Shown here in pieces: positions 1 to 10,521 of a stretch of DNA of 64,000 bases (positions are counted from its first letter, which is position 1; each line of letters begins with the position of its first letter). This stretch comes from a virus (taxonomy: Duplodnaviria > Heunggongvirae > Uroviricota > Caudoviricetes), in IMG/VR virus record IMGVR_UViG_3300031555_002194, positions 1-64,000 of that record; one strand, given 5' to 3'. The notes under the pieces are model-generated. The model had not been told where the DNA came from. It saw nothing but the letters and a program-made list of their open reading frames with translations, and searched no databases. The position numbers were made by a program, and so were the translations under genes.

Positions 1-497
1 ATTTAAAGAAATATCAAATTGGAGAAGATGGAAATCAAAGATTCGACTTTAATACATATTTAAAAGATTTGCTTGAATTAAAAATTGTTTTTGATGTCGA
101 AGAAACAGATGGAGAATTTTTATGGAAGTTTAAGGATAAGTACACAGACTTAATGGCAGAGCTGCTTCGTGCTAGTACATATGGTGCGAAGCGCCCTCCG
201 TTTAGTCCAAAAAACCTTCCTATTAGAGAGTACACGATCCCAGAAGAAGACATGAAAAAGTATAAAGATATTGTTAGCACTGTGCCAAAAGAAAAATTTG
301 TTCTACTCACACACATTCAAAAGAATTTTATTTCAGGACATATCCCTAAAAAACATAAGGAATATAGAAAAGCTGATATGAATGTATTGATGAGGAAAGA
401 ACAACTTAGAGGCAAGGAATTTATTCATTATCTTGGTTTCTGGGACGAGTACATTCAATACATACAGAAAGAGGTAAAAAAGGTGATTCAATGTTAA
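1..497 (+). CDS. 3' end of a gene that begins upstream of the window, product unknown
   Basis: Frame is open from nt 3 to the TAA at 495-497. The ORF-finder start at 69 is an internal TTG. Confidence 0.4.
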   Translation, partial: LKKYQIGEDGNQRFDFNTYLKDLLELKIVFDVEETDGEFLWKFKDKYTDLMAELLRASTYGAKRPPFSPKNLPIREYTIPEEDMKKYKDIVSTVPKEKFVLLTHIQKNFISGHIPKKHKEYRKADMNVLMRKEQLRGKEFIHYLGFWDEYIQYIQKEVKKVIQC

Positions 498-706
498 TTT
501 TTCAGACAAAATATATTCTTTGTAAAATAAGTCCTTACATTGAATTTCATGACGGAACCGGACAGATGACAGAACGATTTGAAGATGCTATGATGTACGA
601 TTCAAAAGAGTATGCAGAAAAAGATATGGAAACATGGGATGAAGATGCAAAAGAAGGCATTAAAGCGTTTCCGGTTGAGATTACATGTAGATTGTGAGGT
701 AATGTT

Positions 707-940
707 ATGCCTGAAGTTTTAAGACGAGGTTATAAAGATGTTAAATATGTTAATTGCGAATATTGCGGATCTCGTTTGAGATTTTACTATCATGAAGTAA
801 AAACAGAAATAATATATGGCAGTAAAGATGGTAAAGAATTTCAAACTTTAGTCGGTAAGATAAATTGTCCAGCGTGTCATAACATTATACGTGTTTGTAA
901 AGATGAAATATGGAACGACAATGTTTCTACAACATATTGA
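707..940 (+). CDS. small zinc-ribbon protein (CxxC...CxxC)
   Basis: 77-aa ORF with two CxxC pairs. An RBS-like AGGTAATG context lies upstream. Confidence 0.45.
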   Translation: MPEVLRRGYKDVKYVNCEYCGSRLRFYYHEVKTEIIYGSKDGKEFQTLVGKINCPACHNIIRVCKDEIWNDNVSTTY

Positions 941-955
941 TAAAACAGCAATTTT

Positions 956-1402
956 ATGAGGTATAAAATGAAGCAAATTTATTTCTATAGAACAACAATT
1001 TTAGTCAGACTAAAAGATGATTCAATTGTTACCATCAAAGGCGAAGCGAGCAAATGGTGTTATGGTGATATTCCTGAAAACAAAATTGAAAAATATGAGA
1101 ATTCAAATACAATGTTTGATGATTTGTGCAACGTAATGAACGTTACTCCAAGCATTTCTCTGTTTGGTAAGAAAAAATATTTTGATCAAAAAACATTTTT
1201 TTGGACATGGAGCGTAGATGGAACGGTAAAACAAGATACTATTCATTCTTTTGTCGTTTATACAAATTATAATACAGGAAATCCGCCAATCAAAGCTTTG
1301 CAGAAAGAATTGACTTTTATGGAATATACAGAATTGATTTTTGATAGAGAGCAGGATTTAAAATCGGTTTTGTCTGCACGACAACAATTTTACGAGGTAT
1401 GA
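956..1402 (+). CDS. hypothetical protein
   Basis: 148-aa ORF, tightly packed in the early operon. Confidence 0.45.
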   Translation: MRYKMKQIYFYRTTILVRLKDDSIVTIKGEASKWCYGDIPENKIEKYENSNTMFDDLCNVMNVTPSISLFGKKKYFDQKTFFWTWSVDGTVKQDTIHSFVVYTNYNTGNPPIKALQKELTFMEYTELIFDREQDLKSVLSARQQFYEV

Positions 1403-1565
1403 AAAATGAATTGGTATCAATTGTACAAACGCATTGGAAAACAAAATATTGGTCATACGCAACGTAATAAAATCAATGTGTTTATTGATGACAAGAAATA
1501 TATTGTTTCCTCTTGTATTTATGAAAATGGCAAATTAATTGGATTGAAATGTGAAGGTGAAACCA

Positions 1566-1823
1566 ATGAGCAATAAAAACGAAACAAAAGAAGAAAAGAA
1601 AGTAGCCAAAAAGGATATGTTAAAAGATCCAAATTTCAAACAGTTATATGATGTTTGGGGTTTGCTTGGTCAGATTGAAACACAGGCAAGATTCATCAGA
1701 GATAAATCCAAGAGCAGATTTGTAAAAGACGAGGCTCTGATTATGCTGACAAGAATTGAAATGTTAAAGCAGGTATATTTCATGCCTGATGCGGAGGAAA
1801 AATCTGATGAAAGAAGTAATTAA
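1566..1823 (+). CDS. hypothetical protein
   Basis: ORF 1551-1823. The internal ATG at 1566 is preceded by GAAGGTGA. Confidence 0.4.
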   Translation: MSNKNETKEEKKVAKKDMLKDPNFKQLYDVWGLLGQIETQARFIRDKSKSRFVKDEALIMLTRIEMLKQVYFMPDAEEKSDERSN

Positions 1824-3093
1824 AATTTTCAAGCAACTACAGAATACATCCGGCAAGAAGGACAAAGAGGCGATTATCGCAGCCAATAAGGATAATGAGC
1901 TGTTTAAGAAATGCCTTGTATTCCTACTGGATGATAATATTCAAACAGGATTGAAATCGAAGTCTCTGCAGAAGAATATCAGATATGATAATTACATTAT
2001 GTTGCTAGAATCTTGGGAACATTGTATGGAATACTTCAAAGAGAACAATACTGGTAAAGATTATGACATTCTGATTGCACAGGCGTTTGTCAAATCCCAA
2101 GACGAAGAAGACAGAGAATTCTACGAACAGATGATCACAAAATCTTTGAAGCTTGGCTGCGATAAACGCACAGTAAACAAAGTTATTCCAAATCTCATCT
2201 TTGAATGGAAAGTGCAGCTCGGTTCTCCACAGGACAAGTTGAAACTGAAAAAAGGCGAAAAGTTCTTCTTGAGTCAGAAACTAAATGGTTTTCGTGGTAC
2301 ATACTGCAATGGTCAGTTTTTGTCTCGTCAGGGCAAACAAATCACAGGTCTGCAACACATCATCAATGATATTAATAAATTGAATCTTGATACATACTTT
2401 ATTGACGGCGAACTTATCAGAAAGAATGTGGATAGAGTGGATGATAATGAGAATTTCCGTCTGTCCGCATCTATTATCAATTCTGATGCGGTGGAAAAAC
2501 CTGAAATTGAGTTTGTAATTTTTGATATCTTTCCTGTAGAAACAATCAATGGCGATAAGACTATTGAAAAATATTCTGTAAGAAAACAACGTATGCAGGA
2601 TATTGAAAAAATCATTGAGCAAACTGGTGTTGAAAATCTAAAAATTGTAGAAATGGTATATGAAGGCAATGACACATCTGAGATAAATAAATGGCTTGAT
2701 CTTGCCGTTGATTTTGGCTGGGAAGGGCTAATTTTAAACAAAAACATTCCATATGAATTTAAACGTTCTGCAGGTGTTATTAAACTGAAAAAGTTTAAAG
2801 AAATTGCGCTTAGATGTACAGGTGTAAATATTTCTGATGAAGGCAAGTATAAAGGAATTATGGGTTCTATTGAATGTAAATATTATGACTGGTTTGTAGA
2901 TTGTGGGTCTGGGTTCTCTGATGAAGATAGGGCATTTTACGCAGAATATCCAGAAGCAATTATAGGTAAAATTGTTTCTATTAAATATAAGGAAGAAAGC
3001 AAAAACAAAGATGGCGGACAGTCAATTCAATTCCCTAGTTTCCTTGGTATTCGCACAGATAAAAATATCCCTGATGACGAAATAGAAGAATAA
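1807..3093 (+). CDS. ATP-dependent DNA ligase
   Basis: Ligase nucleotidyltransferase motifs are present: KLNGFRG (motif I, KxDG-like), FIDGELI (III), EGLILNK (IV), IKLKKF (V). The second ATG at 1807 follows a GGAGG. Confidence 0.8.
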   Translation: MKEVIKIFKQLQNTSGKKDKEAIIAANKDNELFKKCLVFLLDDNIQTGLKSKSLQKNIRYDNYIMLLESWEHCMEYFKENNTGKDYDILIAQAFVKSQDEEDREFYEQMITKSLKLGCDKRTVNKVIPNLIFEWKVQLGSPQDKLKLKKGEKFFLSQKLNGFRGTYCNGQFLSRQGKQITGLQHIINDINKLNLDTYFIDGELIRKNVDRVDDNENFRLSASIINSDAVEKPEIEFVIFDIFPVETINGDKTIEKYSVRKQRMQDIEKIIEQTGVENLKIVEMVYEGNDTSEINKWLDLAVDFGWEGLILNKNIPYEFKRSAGVIKLKKFKEIALRCTGVNISDEGKYKGIMGSIECKYYDWFVDCGSGFSDEDRAFYAEYPEAIIGKIVSIKYKEESKNKDGGQSIQFPSFLGIRTDKNIPDDEIEE

Positions 3094-3104
3094 AAAAGGA
3101 GGTA

Positions 3105-3614
3105 ATGTTTATCAGACTTACTAAAGAGAAGATTGTTGTAGGAGCAATTATGTTATTCCTGTGTTGCTTCCCATTTATACATTATACATATTTTGGAAGA
3201 AATACTTTGCCAAACACAACAATAGAACAAACAAACGAAGAAACCATTCCAGAAACAGATGAGGTCATGCCGGAAGATGAACTCTCTGCTGGTGAAACTA
3301 CAGAACCAACAAAACCAGAAGTTGAAGAAAAAACTTATCTTGGAAAGTTTGAATTAACGTTCTATTCAAAAGAACAGTTTCCAAATTCTAAAACTTCCAC
3401 AGGTGTATATCCTACTGTTGGTAGAACCGTTGCTGTCGATCCTAAAGTAATTCCATACGGAACAGCCGTCGAAATTGATGGGTTTGGTGTAAGAATTGCC
3501 GAGGACACTGGTGGTGCTATTAAAGGTAAAAAACTGGATATTTTTGTAGAAACAACGGCAGAAGCTCTACAGCTTGGTAGACAGAAAAACATCGATGTCT
3601 GGATGGTTGAGTAA
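3105..3614 (+). CDS. 3D-domain (MltA/YuiC-like) cell-wall-binding protein
   Basis: N-terminal TM segment. The C-terminus VAVDPKVIPYGTAVEIDGFGVRIAEDTGGAIKGKKLDIFVET matches the 3D domain. Confidence 0.7.
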   Translation: MFIRLTKEKIVVGAIMLFLCCFPFIHYTYFGRNTLPNTTIEQTNEETIPETDEVMPEDELSAGETTEPTKPEVEEKTYLGKFELTFYSKEQFPNSKTSTGVYPTVGRTVAVDPKVIPYGTAVEIDGFGVRIAEDTGGAIKGKKLDIFVETTAEALQLGRQKNIDVWMVE

Positions 3615-3649
3615 AGAACAAATGAAGAGACGATAAGGAGATGATGTGA

Positions 3650-4438
3650 TTGAAAGTTGAGATTCTAAACCCTGAAGTGTTAGAAAACCTGTACAAAAAT
3701 CATGGTGAATTTGCATGTACTTGTTATGACACACCTAAGAAATTTGCTGATAAGGTTGGTAAGTCTTGTCAGGAAAGTGGTCATATGAGTGGAAGTCGCT
3801 GCGAATATATCAAATTTGAGATTGAAGGTGACAGAGGTACTCTGGAGCAAATGATGCGTCATGAAATCGGTGTTAGATATGATGAAATCGACAAATATGC
3901 TTATAGCGATAGAATCGAAATGATTGTCGATGTAAATCCTAACAACATTGTAAAAAACATGCAGTCTTTCAGATATGTTGACAAGAATGATTTTACATAT
4001 GTTATCCCTAAAAACATTGAAAGATATCATGATGTAAAAGAACTGTATGAAGATACGATGGCTTTCATTGATGCAAGAAGAAAATTGATGAGAGACATGC
4101 TGGTTGGACATGGTGTTGATTATAAAAAAGCTGTAGAAGATGCAAATTTTGTTCTGCCCAGAGCTACAAATTTAATTCTGACAATCGCATTTACACCTGA
4201 AGCATTGATTCAATTTATGTTTAAAAGACTGTGTACAAGAGCGCAAGATGAGATTACAGATATTGCTATTTTAATGAAACAGGAAGTTGCAAAAATCAAC
4301 GAAAGATTTGCAAAAGAACTTGTTCCTCATTGCAAATATCTACTGTGGTGTCCAGAAGGTGAAAAATGCTGTGGTGCTTATCCTACAAAAGATGAATTGA
4401 TGAAGACAATTGCAAATTTAAAGAAGGTGTCTGAATGA
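3650..4438 (+). CDS. ThyX-like (flavin-dependent thymidylate synthase-like) protein with non-canonical motif
   Basis: GHMSGSRCEYIKFEIEGDRGTLEQMMRHEIGVRYDE resembles the ThyX core HxTPFEH..FTF...RHRxxS..SxRY. However RHR is replaced by RHE and the conserved Ser positions differ. Confidence 0.4.
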   Translation: MKVEILNPEVLENLYKNHGEFACTCYDTPKKFADKVGKSCQESGHMSGSRCEYIKFEIEGDRGTLEQMMRHEIGVRYDEIDKYAYSDRIEMIVDVNPNNIVKNMQSFRYVDKNDFTYVIPKNIERYHDVKELYEDTMAFIDARRKLMRDMLVGHGVDYKKAVEDANFVLPRATNLILTIAFTPEALIQFMFKRLCTRAQDEITDIAILMKQEVAKINERFAKELVPHCKYLLWCPEGEKCCGAYPTKDELMKTIANLKKVSE

Positions 4439-4965
4439 ATAACAAGCCACTAATTCTATTAGTAGGCAAATCTGGTTCCGGCAAGACAACTGTTGCTAAA
4501 TATCTGGAAGATAACTATGATTTCAAAATGCTCGATTCGTATACAACTAGACTTCCTAGATATGAAGGTGAAAGAGGTCATATCTTTGTAACAAAAGAAG
4601 ATTATCATAATGCAAAAAACATTGTAGCAAGTACATTTTTTGACGACAACTACTATTGGGCAACTCAGGAACAATGCGAAGAAGCTGATGTATACGTTGT
4701 TGATCCAGACGGTGTTGATATGTTTGAAATGAAGTTTGATGCAACTAAACGTAGATATATAATTGTCTATCTTGATGTTCCAGTTTATAAAAGATTTATC
4801 AGAATGTGGAAACGAGATGGTTCTATCAAAAAGGCTATTGGAAGAATTGTTCACGATCATAAAAAATTTGGAAACTTCCATGATAGAGAAGGAATCTGGC
4901 GCAGCCACTATGACACAGTTGAAGGCACAGTAAAGCTTATTAGAGTGTTAAGGAAGTGTTATTAA
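4435..4965 (+). CDS. P-loop nucleoside/nucleotide kinase (dNMP kinase-like)
   Basis: Walker A motif GKSGSGKTT near the N-terminus; size is typical of phage dNMP kinases. Confidence 0.55.
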   Translation: MNNKPLILLVGKSGSGKTTVAKYLEDNYDFKMLDSYTTRLPRYEGERGHIFVTKEDYHNAKNIVASTFFDDNYYWATQEQCEEADVYVVDPDGVDMFEMKFDATKRRYIIVYLDVPVYKRFIRMWKRDGSIKKAIGRIVHDHKKFGNFHDREGIWRSHYDTVEGTVKLIRVLRKCY

Positions 4966-5405
4966 TGAATTACAAAAATATAATTTATGTATCACATCCT
5001 TTTGGTGGAGATGCGGACAATGTTATGGTTGTAACAAATCTTATTAGTATGTTACATAACGAATATCCAGAATACCTATTTCTATCTCCAATTCATGCAT
5101 TTGGTCATATGTACGATTACACAGAATATCAGGAAGGCCTTGATATGTGTCTTTGGTTACTAGCCCAATGCGATGAAGCATGGGTGTTTGGCGATTACCA
5201 GAGCAGTGTCGGTTGCATGTCAGAAATCGCCTATTGTCAGAATCATTTAATTCCATGTCGCATTGTTGAAGAAAAGTGTCTTGGTATTAAACAAGAGCCT
5301 TGCAAATGTCACGAATGCAGCTTGGTTGACTATGATGAGTATTATCTTATCTGTCATAAAGATAAACTGAAGCAGATGTATGATGAGGTGACTGGCAATG
5401 AATGA
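4956..5405 (+). CDS. nucleoside 2-deoxyribosyltransferase-like (DUF4406-like) protein
   Basis: Pattern YVSHPFGGD...WVFGDYQSSVGCMSE is typical of the Rossmann-like deoxyribosyltransferase-like family. This is a weak call. Confidence 0.35.
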   Translation: MLLMNYKNIIYVSHPFGGDADNVMVVTNLISMLHNEYPEYLFLSPIHAFGHMYDYTEYQEGLDMCLWLLAQCDEAWVFGDYQSSVGCMSEIAYCQNHLIPCRIVEEKCLGIKQEPCKCHECSLVDYDEYYLICHKDKLKQMYDEVTGNE

Positions 5406-5634
5406 AGATAAATTCTTTGATACGGATAGAAAGCTATTACTGGATCTGATTTGTAATGAACAGGTACATATGCTGATTAAAAATCACAATGCCTACGAAT
5501 CAGAAAAATACAAAAGATTAGAGAGATTGAAGGTCTTGGTAAAAGACCTTTGATTTATCTTTTAACTTACTGAAGATAAATTTTAAGATACGAAAGATAA
5601 ATTGCGAAGATGCAAAAGAAAATTTATATAGGAG

Positions 5635-5853
5635 ATGATTAAGTTGGATATCACATTTTATTCTACACATTGTCCAAAATGTAATGTGCTTGAAAAGAAA
5701 ATGAAAGAAAAAAATCTGTCCTATGCTGAAGTGAATGATATTGACGTTATGAAAGAAAAAGGAATTGATACTGTTCCAGTCCTTGAGATTAACGGTGAAA
5801 TGATGGATTTTGCAACAGCGAATAAATGGATTAATGCACAGGAGGAACAGTAA
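5635..5853 (+). CDS. nrdH: NrdH-like glutaredoxin/thioredoxin-fold redoxin
   Basis: 72 aa, CPKC active-site motif near the N-terminus, located immediately upstream of nrdD. Confidence 0.7.
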   Translation: MIKLDITFYSTHCPKCNVLEKKMKEKNLSYAEVNDIDVMKEKGIDTVPVLEINGEMMDFATANKWINAQEEQ

Positions 5854-7779
5854 TTGGAAATTAACATTAAGCTAAACAAAAATTTTACAACTGCATTCAA
5901 TCGTATGATGAATGATTACGGTGAGGAACTAGCAAAACTAAACGGCTTTTCTGATGAGCAACTAAGTTATACAGATTTTATCGATAACTTTGTTGACAAA
6001 CAGACGGTAGCAGATGCAAGTATTGATGGTAATGCTAATGCTGGTACAAAGGATATTTGTTCTCTTGAAGCAGAAATGAGCAAACCACATTCTAAACTAT
6101 TAGCGTTCAATAAAATCTTTTTTGAAATGAACAAAAAATATGGTTTCAAAACAGCAAATGACTGGTTGAGAAATGAATGGGATGGTCATATGTATCTGCA
6201 TGATGCAGCCAGTGCTACAATGAAACCTTATTGCTTTGCATATGATATCGAAGGTCTGGTTACAAAAGGTCTGTATTTTGTTGATAAATTTAACGCACAG
6301 CCTCCACAGCATCTCGTTACATATACCGACTTTGTTGGTGAATTTGTAAGCTGGACTTCTAACAGAACAAGTGGCGCTTGCGGGCTTCCTAGTTTTCTAA
6401 TTTATTCCTATTATTTCTGGAAAAAAGACGTAGAAAATGGTTATTACACAGACACACCTGAGAGATATAGAGATCAGGAATTCCAGAGAATTATTTATAA
6501 ACTGAACCAGCCTTACCTAAGAGTAAATCAATCTGCGTTCACAAACTTCTCTATTTTTGACCGTTCTTACATGGAGGCTCTGTTTGGTGGTAAAGAATTC
6601 CCAGATGGCACATTCATGATTGATTACATTGATGAAATGATTGAATATCAGAAACGTTTCATGGAAGTTGTAAGTGAAATCAGAAGTAAGAACATGATGA
6701 CATTCCCTGTTTTATCTTTCTCTCTACTTCGTAAAGATGGTAAATTTGTAGATGAAGATTTTGCCAAATGGTGTTGCAGACATAATATGAAATGGGCTGA
6801 TAGCAACTTCTTCGTTAGCGATGACATCACAAGCCTATCTAACTGTTGCAGACTGGTATCTGATGTGAAAGAACTAGGGTATTTTAACAGCCTTGGCGGT
6901 ACAGCACTTGAAGTTGGTAGTATCAAAGTAAATACTATTAATCTTGCAAGACTTGCATATGAAAATAAAACAAAAGAAGAATATCTGGAATCTTTGGTTG
7001 ATAAAGTTATCATCTGTCTGAAAGCACTTGATTGTGTAAGACATATCATTTCCAGAAATATCGAAAAAGGTCTACTACCAAATTATTCTAAAGAAGTAAT
7101 GAGCATGGATAATCAGTATAACACTATCGGTATCATTGGGGTATATGAAGCTCTGCAGAAATACGGCTATACATATCAAGACGAGTTTGGCAATACATTC
7201 TACACTGATGAAGGCGTTGAATTTGCTAAAGACATTCTGAAATGTATCACAGATACAAAGAATGAATTTGGTAAAGATAAGGATTACTCTATTAATATTG
7301 AAGAAATTCCTGCAGAAAGAGCTGCTGCTATCCTGATGGAAAAAGATAAATTCTTCTATCCTCATGAAAAATATGAACTGCCTCTGTATGGTAATCAGTG
7401 GATTCCTCTGGGTGTTAAAACAACTCTACATGAAAAAATCAGACTGAGTGCAATTCTAGACAAGGCTTGTTCCGGAGGTTCTATTGCTCATATCAATCTG
7501 GACGCACCATTGGAAGATTTTGATACAGCATGGAAAATGCTAAATTATGTTGCTGATCAGGGCGTTGTGTATTTTGCTTTCTGTGTAAGAATTAGTACAT
7601 GTAAAAATAATCATGGTTTCTATGGTAATACATGTCCTTATTGCGGAGAACCTGTTCAAACTACATGGCAAAGAATTGTAGGTTTCCTAACACCTACAGA
7701 CACATATTCTTCCACAAGAAAAGAAGAATTTGCTAAACGTGACTGGTATGAGCTGGATCGTATGAAGGAGATTGGTTAA
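5854..7779 (+). CDS. nrdD: anaerobic ribonucleoside-triphosphate reductase (class III)
   Basis: 641 aa. The C-terminus carries a zinc ribbon CPYCGE...C and a glycyl-radical-like RIVGFL motif. Followed by nrdG. Confidence 0.85.
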   Translation: MEINIKLNKNFTTAFNRMMNDYGEELAKLNGFSDEQLSYTDFIDNFVDKQTVADASIDGNANAGTKDICSLEAEMSKPHSKLLAFNKIFFEMNKKYGFKTANDWLRNEWDGHMYLHDAASATMKPYCFAYDIEGLVTKGLYFVDKFNAQPPQHLVTYTDFVGEFVSWTSNRTSGACGLPSFLIYSYYFWKKDVENGYYTDTPERYRDQEFQRIIYKLNQPYLRVNQSAFTNFSIFDRSYMEALFGGKEFPDGTFMIDYIDEMIEYQKRFMEVVSEIRSKNMMTFPVLSFSLLRKDGKFVDEDFAKWCCRHNMKWADSNFFVSDDITSLSNCCRLVSDVKELGYFNSLGGTALEVGSIKVNTINLARLAYENKTKEEYLESLVDKVIICLKALDCVRHIISRNIEKGLLPNYSKEVMSMDNQYNTIGIIGVYEALQKYGYTYQDEFGNTFYTDEGVEFAKDILKCITDTKNEFGKDKDYSINIEEIPAERAAAILMEKDKFFYPHEKYELPLYGNQWIPLGVKTTLHEKIRLSAILDKACSGGSIAHINLDAPLEDFDTAWKMLNYVADQGVVYFAFCVRISTCKNNHGFYGNTCPYCGEPVQTTWQRIVGFLTPTDTYSSTRKEEFAKRDWYELDRMKEIG

Positions 7780-8262
7780 TTGAGATTAAAAGCATTAGTT
7801 GACGAAGATTTTGTAAATTACAAAAAACCATCAATGTTTTTGGGAACAACAACCTGCAATTGGAAATGTTGTGTAGAACAAGGTTTAGATCATTCTATCT
7901 GTCAAAATTCTCAATTAGCAACATCTGAAATGATTGAAGTACCTACGGATGAAATATTCCGTAGGTATACTTCTAATCCTATTACAGAAGCGATTGTCAT
8001 TGGTGGGTTAGAGCCATTTTTACAATTTAATGAGTTGATTGAATTTGTTTCTACCTTTAGAAGCAATCAGTGTTATGACGATATTGTGATTTACACAGGC
8101 TATTATCCTGATGAGATCAAACATGAAATTGAAATATTAAGAAAATACAAAAATATCATTGTTAAATTTGGCAGATATGTTCCAAATCATGAAAAACATT
8201 TTGATGAAGTGTTAGGAGTTTATTTAGCGTCTAACAATCAATTTGCAGAAAAGGTGAGTTAA
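7780..8262 (+). CDS. nrdG: anaerobic RNR activating protein (radical SAM)
   Basis: 160 aa directly after nrdD. Has an N-terminal Cys cluster CNWKCC; start codon is TTG. Confidence 0.6.
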   Translation: MRLKALVDEDFVNYKKPSMFLGTTTCNWKCCVEQGLDHSICQNSQLATSEMIEVPTDEIFRRYTSNPITEAIVIGGLEPFLQFNELIEFVSTFRSNQCYDDIVIYTGYYPDEIKHEIEILRKYKNIIVKFGRYVPNHEKHFDEVLGVYLASNNQFAEKVS

Positions 8263-8263
8263 A

Positions 8264-8443
8264 ATGAAAATTAGAGTATCAGATGATACTGAGCTGGTTG
8301 CAGAAATCAGACAAAAATTAAAAGAAAACAATAATTACTGTCCATGTCGCATTGAAAAAACAGATGATACAAAATGTATGTGTAAAGAATTTAGAGAACA
8401 AGAATCTGGAGAATGTCACTGTGGGCTATACGTAAAAGAATAA
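8264..8443 (+). CDS. small Cys-rich ferredoxin-thioredoxin-reductase-like protein (CPC..CMC..CHC)
   Basis: 59-aa ORF that is not in the ORF track. Motifs CPC-x9-CMC-x10-CHC resemble the FTR catalytic subunit. Abuts nrdG. Confidence 0.4.
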   Translation: MKIRVSDDTELVAEIRQKLKENNNYCPCRIEKTDDTKCMCKEFREQESGECHCGLYVKE

Positions 8444-8477
8444 CAAAAGAAGACATATAAGAAAAGAGAGGTAAATA

Positions 8478-9371
8478 ATGATTGCTTTTATTATTAAAAT
8501 TGTAGTCGGCATTGCTATTCTTGGTGCGATTCTAGCAAACCTTGATAGCATCATTCACGCCTTTAAAACATTGACAAAAGACAAGGATGCAAAGGCTAAA
8601 AGAAAAATTGGTTTCGTTTCCGTCATCGCAATTCTGCTTGTTATGACATTTATGTTTGGTACAACTGTCGTTCCTTCTGGCTCTACTGGTGTCAGAGTAA
8701 CATTTGGTGCTGCCAGTGACGAAGGGCTGGATGCTGGTTTAAAATTCCATATTCCATTTGTTCAGAAAATCGTAACAGTAAACAACAAAGTTGTAAGAAC
8801 AGATGTGGACGCTTACAGTGCATCTAAAGACCTGCAACAGATTCATTCTACAATCTCTGTGAACTATAGCATCAAACCAGAAAGTTCTACAAAGATTTAT
8901 AAGACAATCGGTAACGATCCAGAAAATACAATTGTAAGACCTGCAATTCAAGAAGCATCCAAAGCAACAACTGCCAGATACACAGCCGAAGAACTGATTG
9001 CGTCCAGAGATACAGTATCTATGGAAATGTGTGCAGAGATTCAAGATAAACTGGAAGATTACGGGATGATTGTAAAAGATGTAAATATCATTGACTTTGA
9101 CTTCTCTGAAGAATTCAATAAAGCCATTGAAGAAAAACAGACAGCACAGCAGAAAGCTCTGAAGGCTGAACAAGATCTAGCAAGAATCAAAGTAGAGGCT
9201 GAACAGAAAGTAGCGACTGCTAAAGCCGAAGCTGAAGCGTATGAACTGAAAAATAGAACCATCACAGATAAAGTTATCCAAATGGAATTCCTTGAAAAAT
9301 GGGATGGTAAAATGCCTTCCGTTATGTCTGATGGTAACATGATGTTTGACATAAGCAGTATGATGAAATAA
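8478..9371 (+). CDS. SPFH/band-7 (prohibitin/stomatin-like) membrane protein
   Basis: N-terminal TM segment, an SPFH core, then a C-terminal Ala/Glu/Lys coiled coil. Confidence 0.75.
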   Translation: MIAFIIKIVVGIAILGAILANLDSIIHAFKTLTKDKDAKAKRKIGFVSVIAILLVMTFMFGTTVVPSGSTGVRVTFGAASDEGLDAGLKFHIPFVQKIVTVNNKVVRTDVDAYSASKDLQQIHSTISVNYSIKPESSTKIYKTIGNDPENTIVRPAIQEASKATTARYTAEELIASRDTVSMEMCAEIQDKLEDYGMIVKDVNIIDFDFSEEFNKAIEEKQTAQQKALKAEQDLARIKVEAEQKVATAKAEAEAYELKNRTITDKVIQMEFLEKWDGKMPSVMSDGNMMFDISSMMK

Positions 9372-9503
9372 AACAAAACATATCTTTGATTGGAAGTGGG
9401 CTATCGCAGCTCACTTCCTTTTTATTGAAAAAATCGGTGTCAGATTGCGAAGGAAAGTAGAAGTAAATATTAGATGGTTATTATTTATCAACAAAATTGA
9501 GAG

Positions 9504-10238
9504 GTGTATCAAATGGTATTATTCAACAAGTATCTTGAACCATTAACGTTTGATGACGGTCAGGTGTTAACAGACAATGATATTAAAAAAATTAAAAATG
9601 AAATTGGCAAACCCAAAGGTGGTTATGTATGGGTAGAAGGTTACAAAGGGATGGATGAAACAATGACATGCGATGGTGGCTATAGTAGCGCATGGTCTAT
9701 AAGAAGAAACGTAAAGCAATATTATATGAACACTGTAGCAGCTATAGATAAAGATCCGTTAACGTGTAAGACAGGATTTCATTTGTGCAAAAATTTGCAA
9801 CAGGTATTTGGTTATTACAAATTTAATTTTCACAATAGATTTTTTAAAGTTTTAGCATTAGTAAAATACGAAGACTATATCGATTGGAACGAAAAAATTT
9901 CTTCGAAAATTTTAATTCCTATTGAAGAAGTAACCCCAATGTTTGACGAAGTTTGTGATATGGGCGGTGGAATTTATTATAAAGGTGCGTATTTAAAAGA
10001 ACGTGATTACAGAGCCATTAGGATAGATAAAATTTTTGCTACGCCGGAAGATCTGTTAGAAGCAAAGTTTACACAAGAGATGAAAGAATATGGCATTTGT
10101 GACGAGCTGTGCAGTTTCGTTTTCAGAAAAATTAGTTTCGACAAATGTGAGCAATTTATTTCAATGGTAAAAGAACTGCGTAAACAAAATGTAAGTGACG
10201 ATGCGGTTGCTACAGCCATGATTTATATGTTGAGGTGA
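9504..10238 (+). CDS. hypothetical protein
   Basis: 244-aa ORF with an RBS-like GAGAGGTG upstream. Confidence 0.4.
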   Translation: MYQMVLFNKYLEPLTFDDGQVLTDNDIKKIKNEIGKPKGGYVWVEGYKGMDETMTCDGGYSSAWSIRRNVKQYYMNTVAAIDKDPLTCKTGFHLCKNLQQVFGYYKFNFHNRFFKVLALVKYEDYIDWNEKISSKILIPIEEVTPMFDEVCDMGGGIYYKGAYLKERDYRAIRIDKIFATPEDLLEAKFTQEMKEYGICDELCSFVFRKISFDKCEQFISMVKELRKQNVSDDAVATAMIYMLR

Positions 10239-10521
10239 TAAATATGGCAGTTTACACAGAAGATGTAAAAGATAAAATCAAAGATTGGTTTGCAGGATGC
10301 ATATATTTATCTGATGTAAGAGAGTTATATAACGCTATCCGCGCTGAAGCAGACATCCAACATGACATGATTACAGAAGAAATAGTGAAAAGGGATTTAA
10401 GAATGACACTGCCATAAGGAGGAGCATAAATGCTTAGATATTGCGAAAGAGCAAAATGTTGGTCTTGTTGTGATGGTGAATGTTTAAAATGTGCATCGCT
10501 GTTAGGATTGGAGGAATTGTA

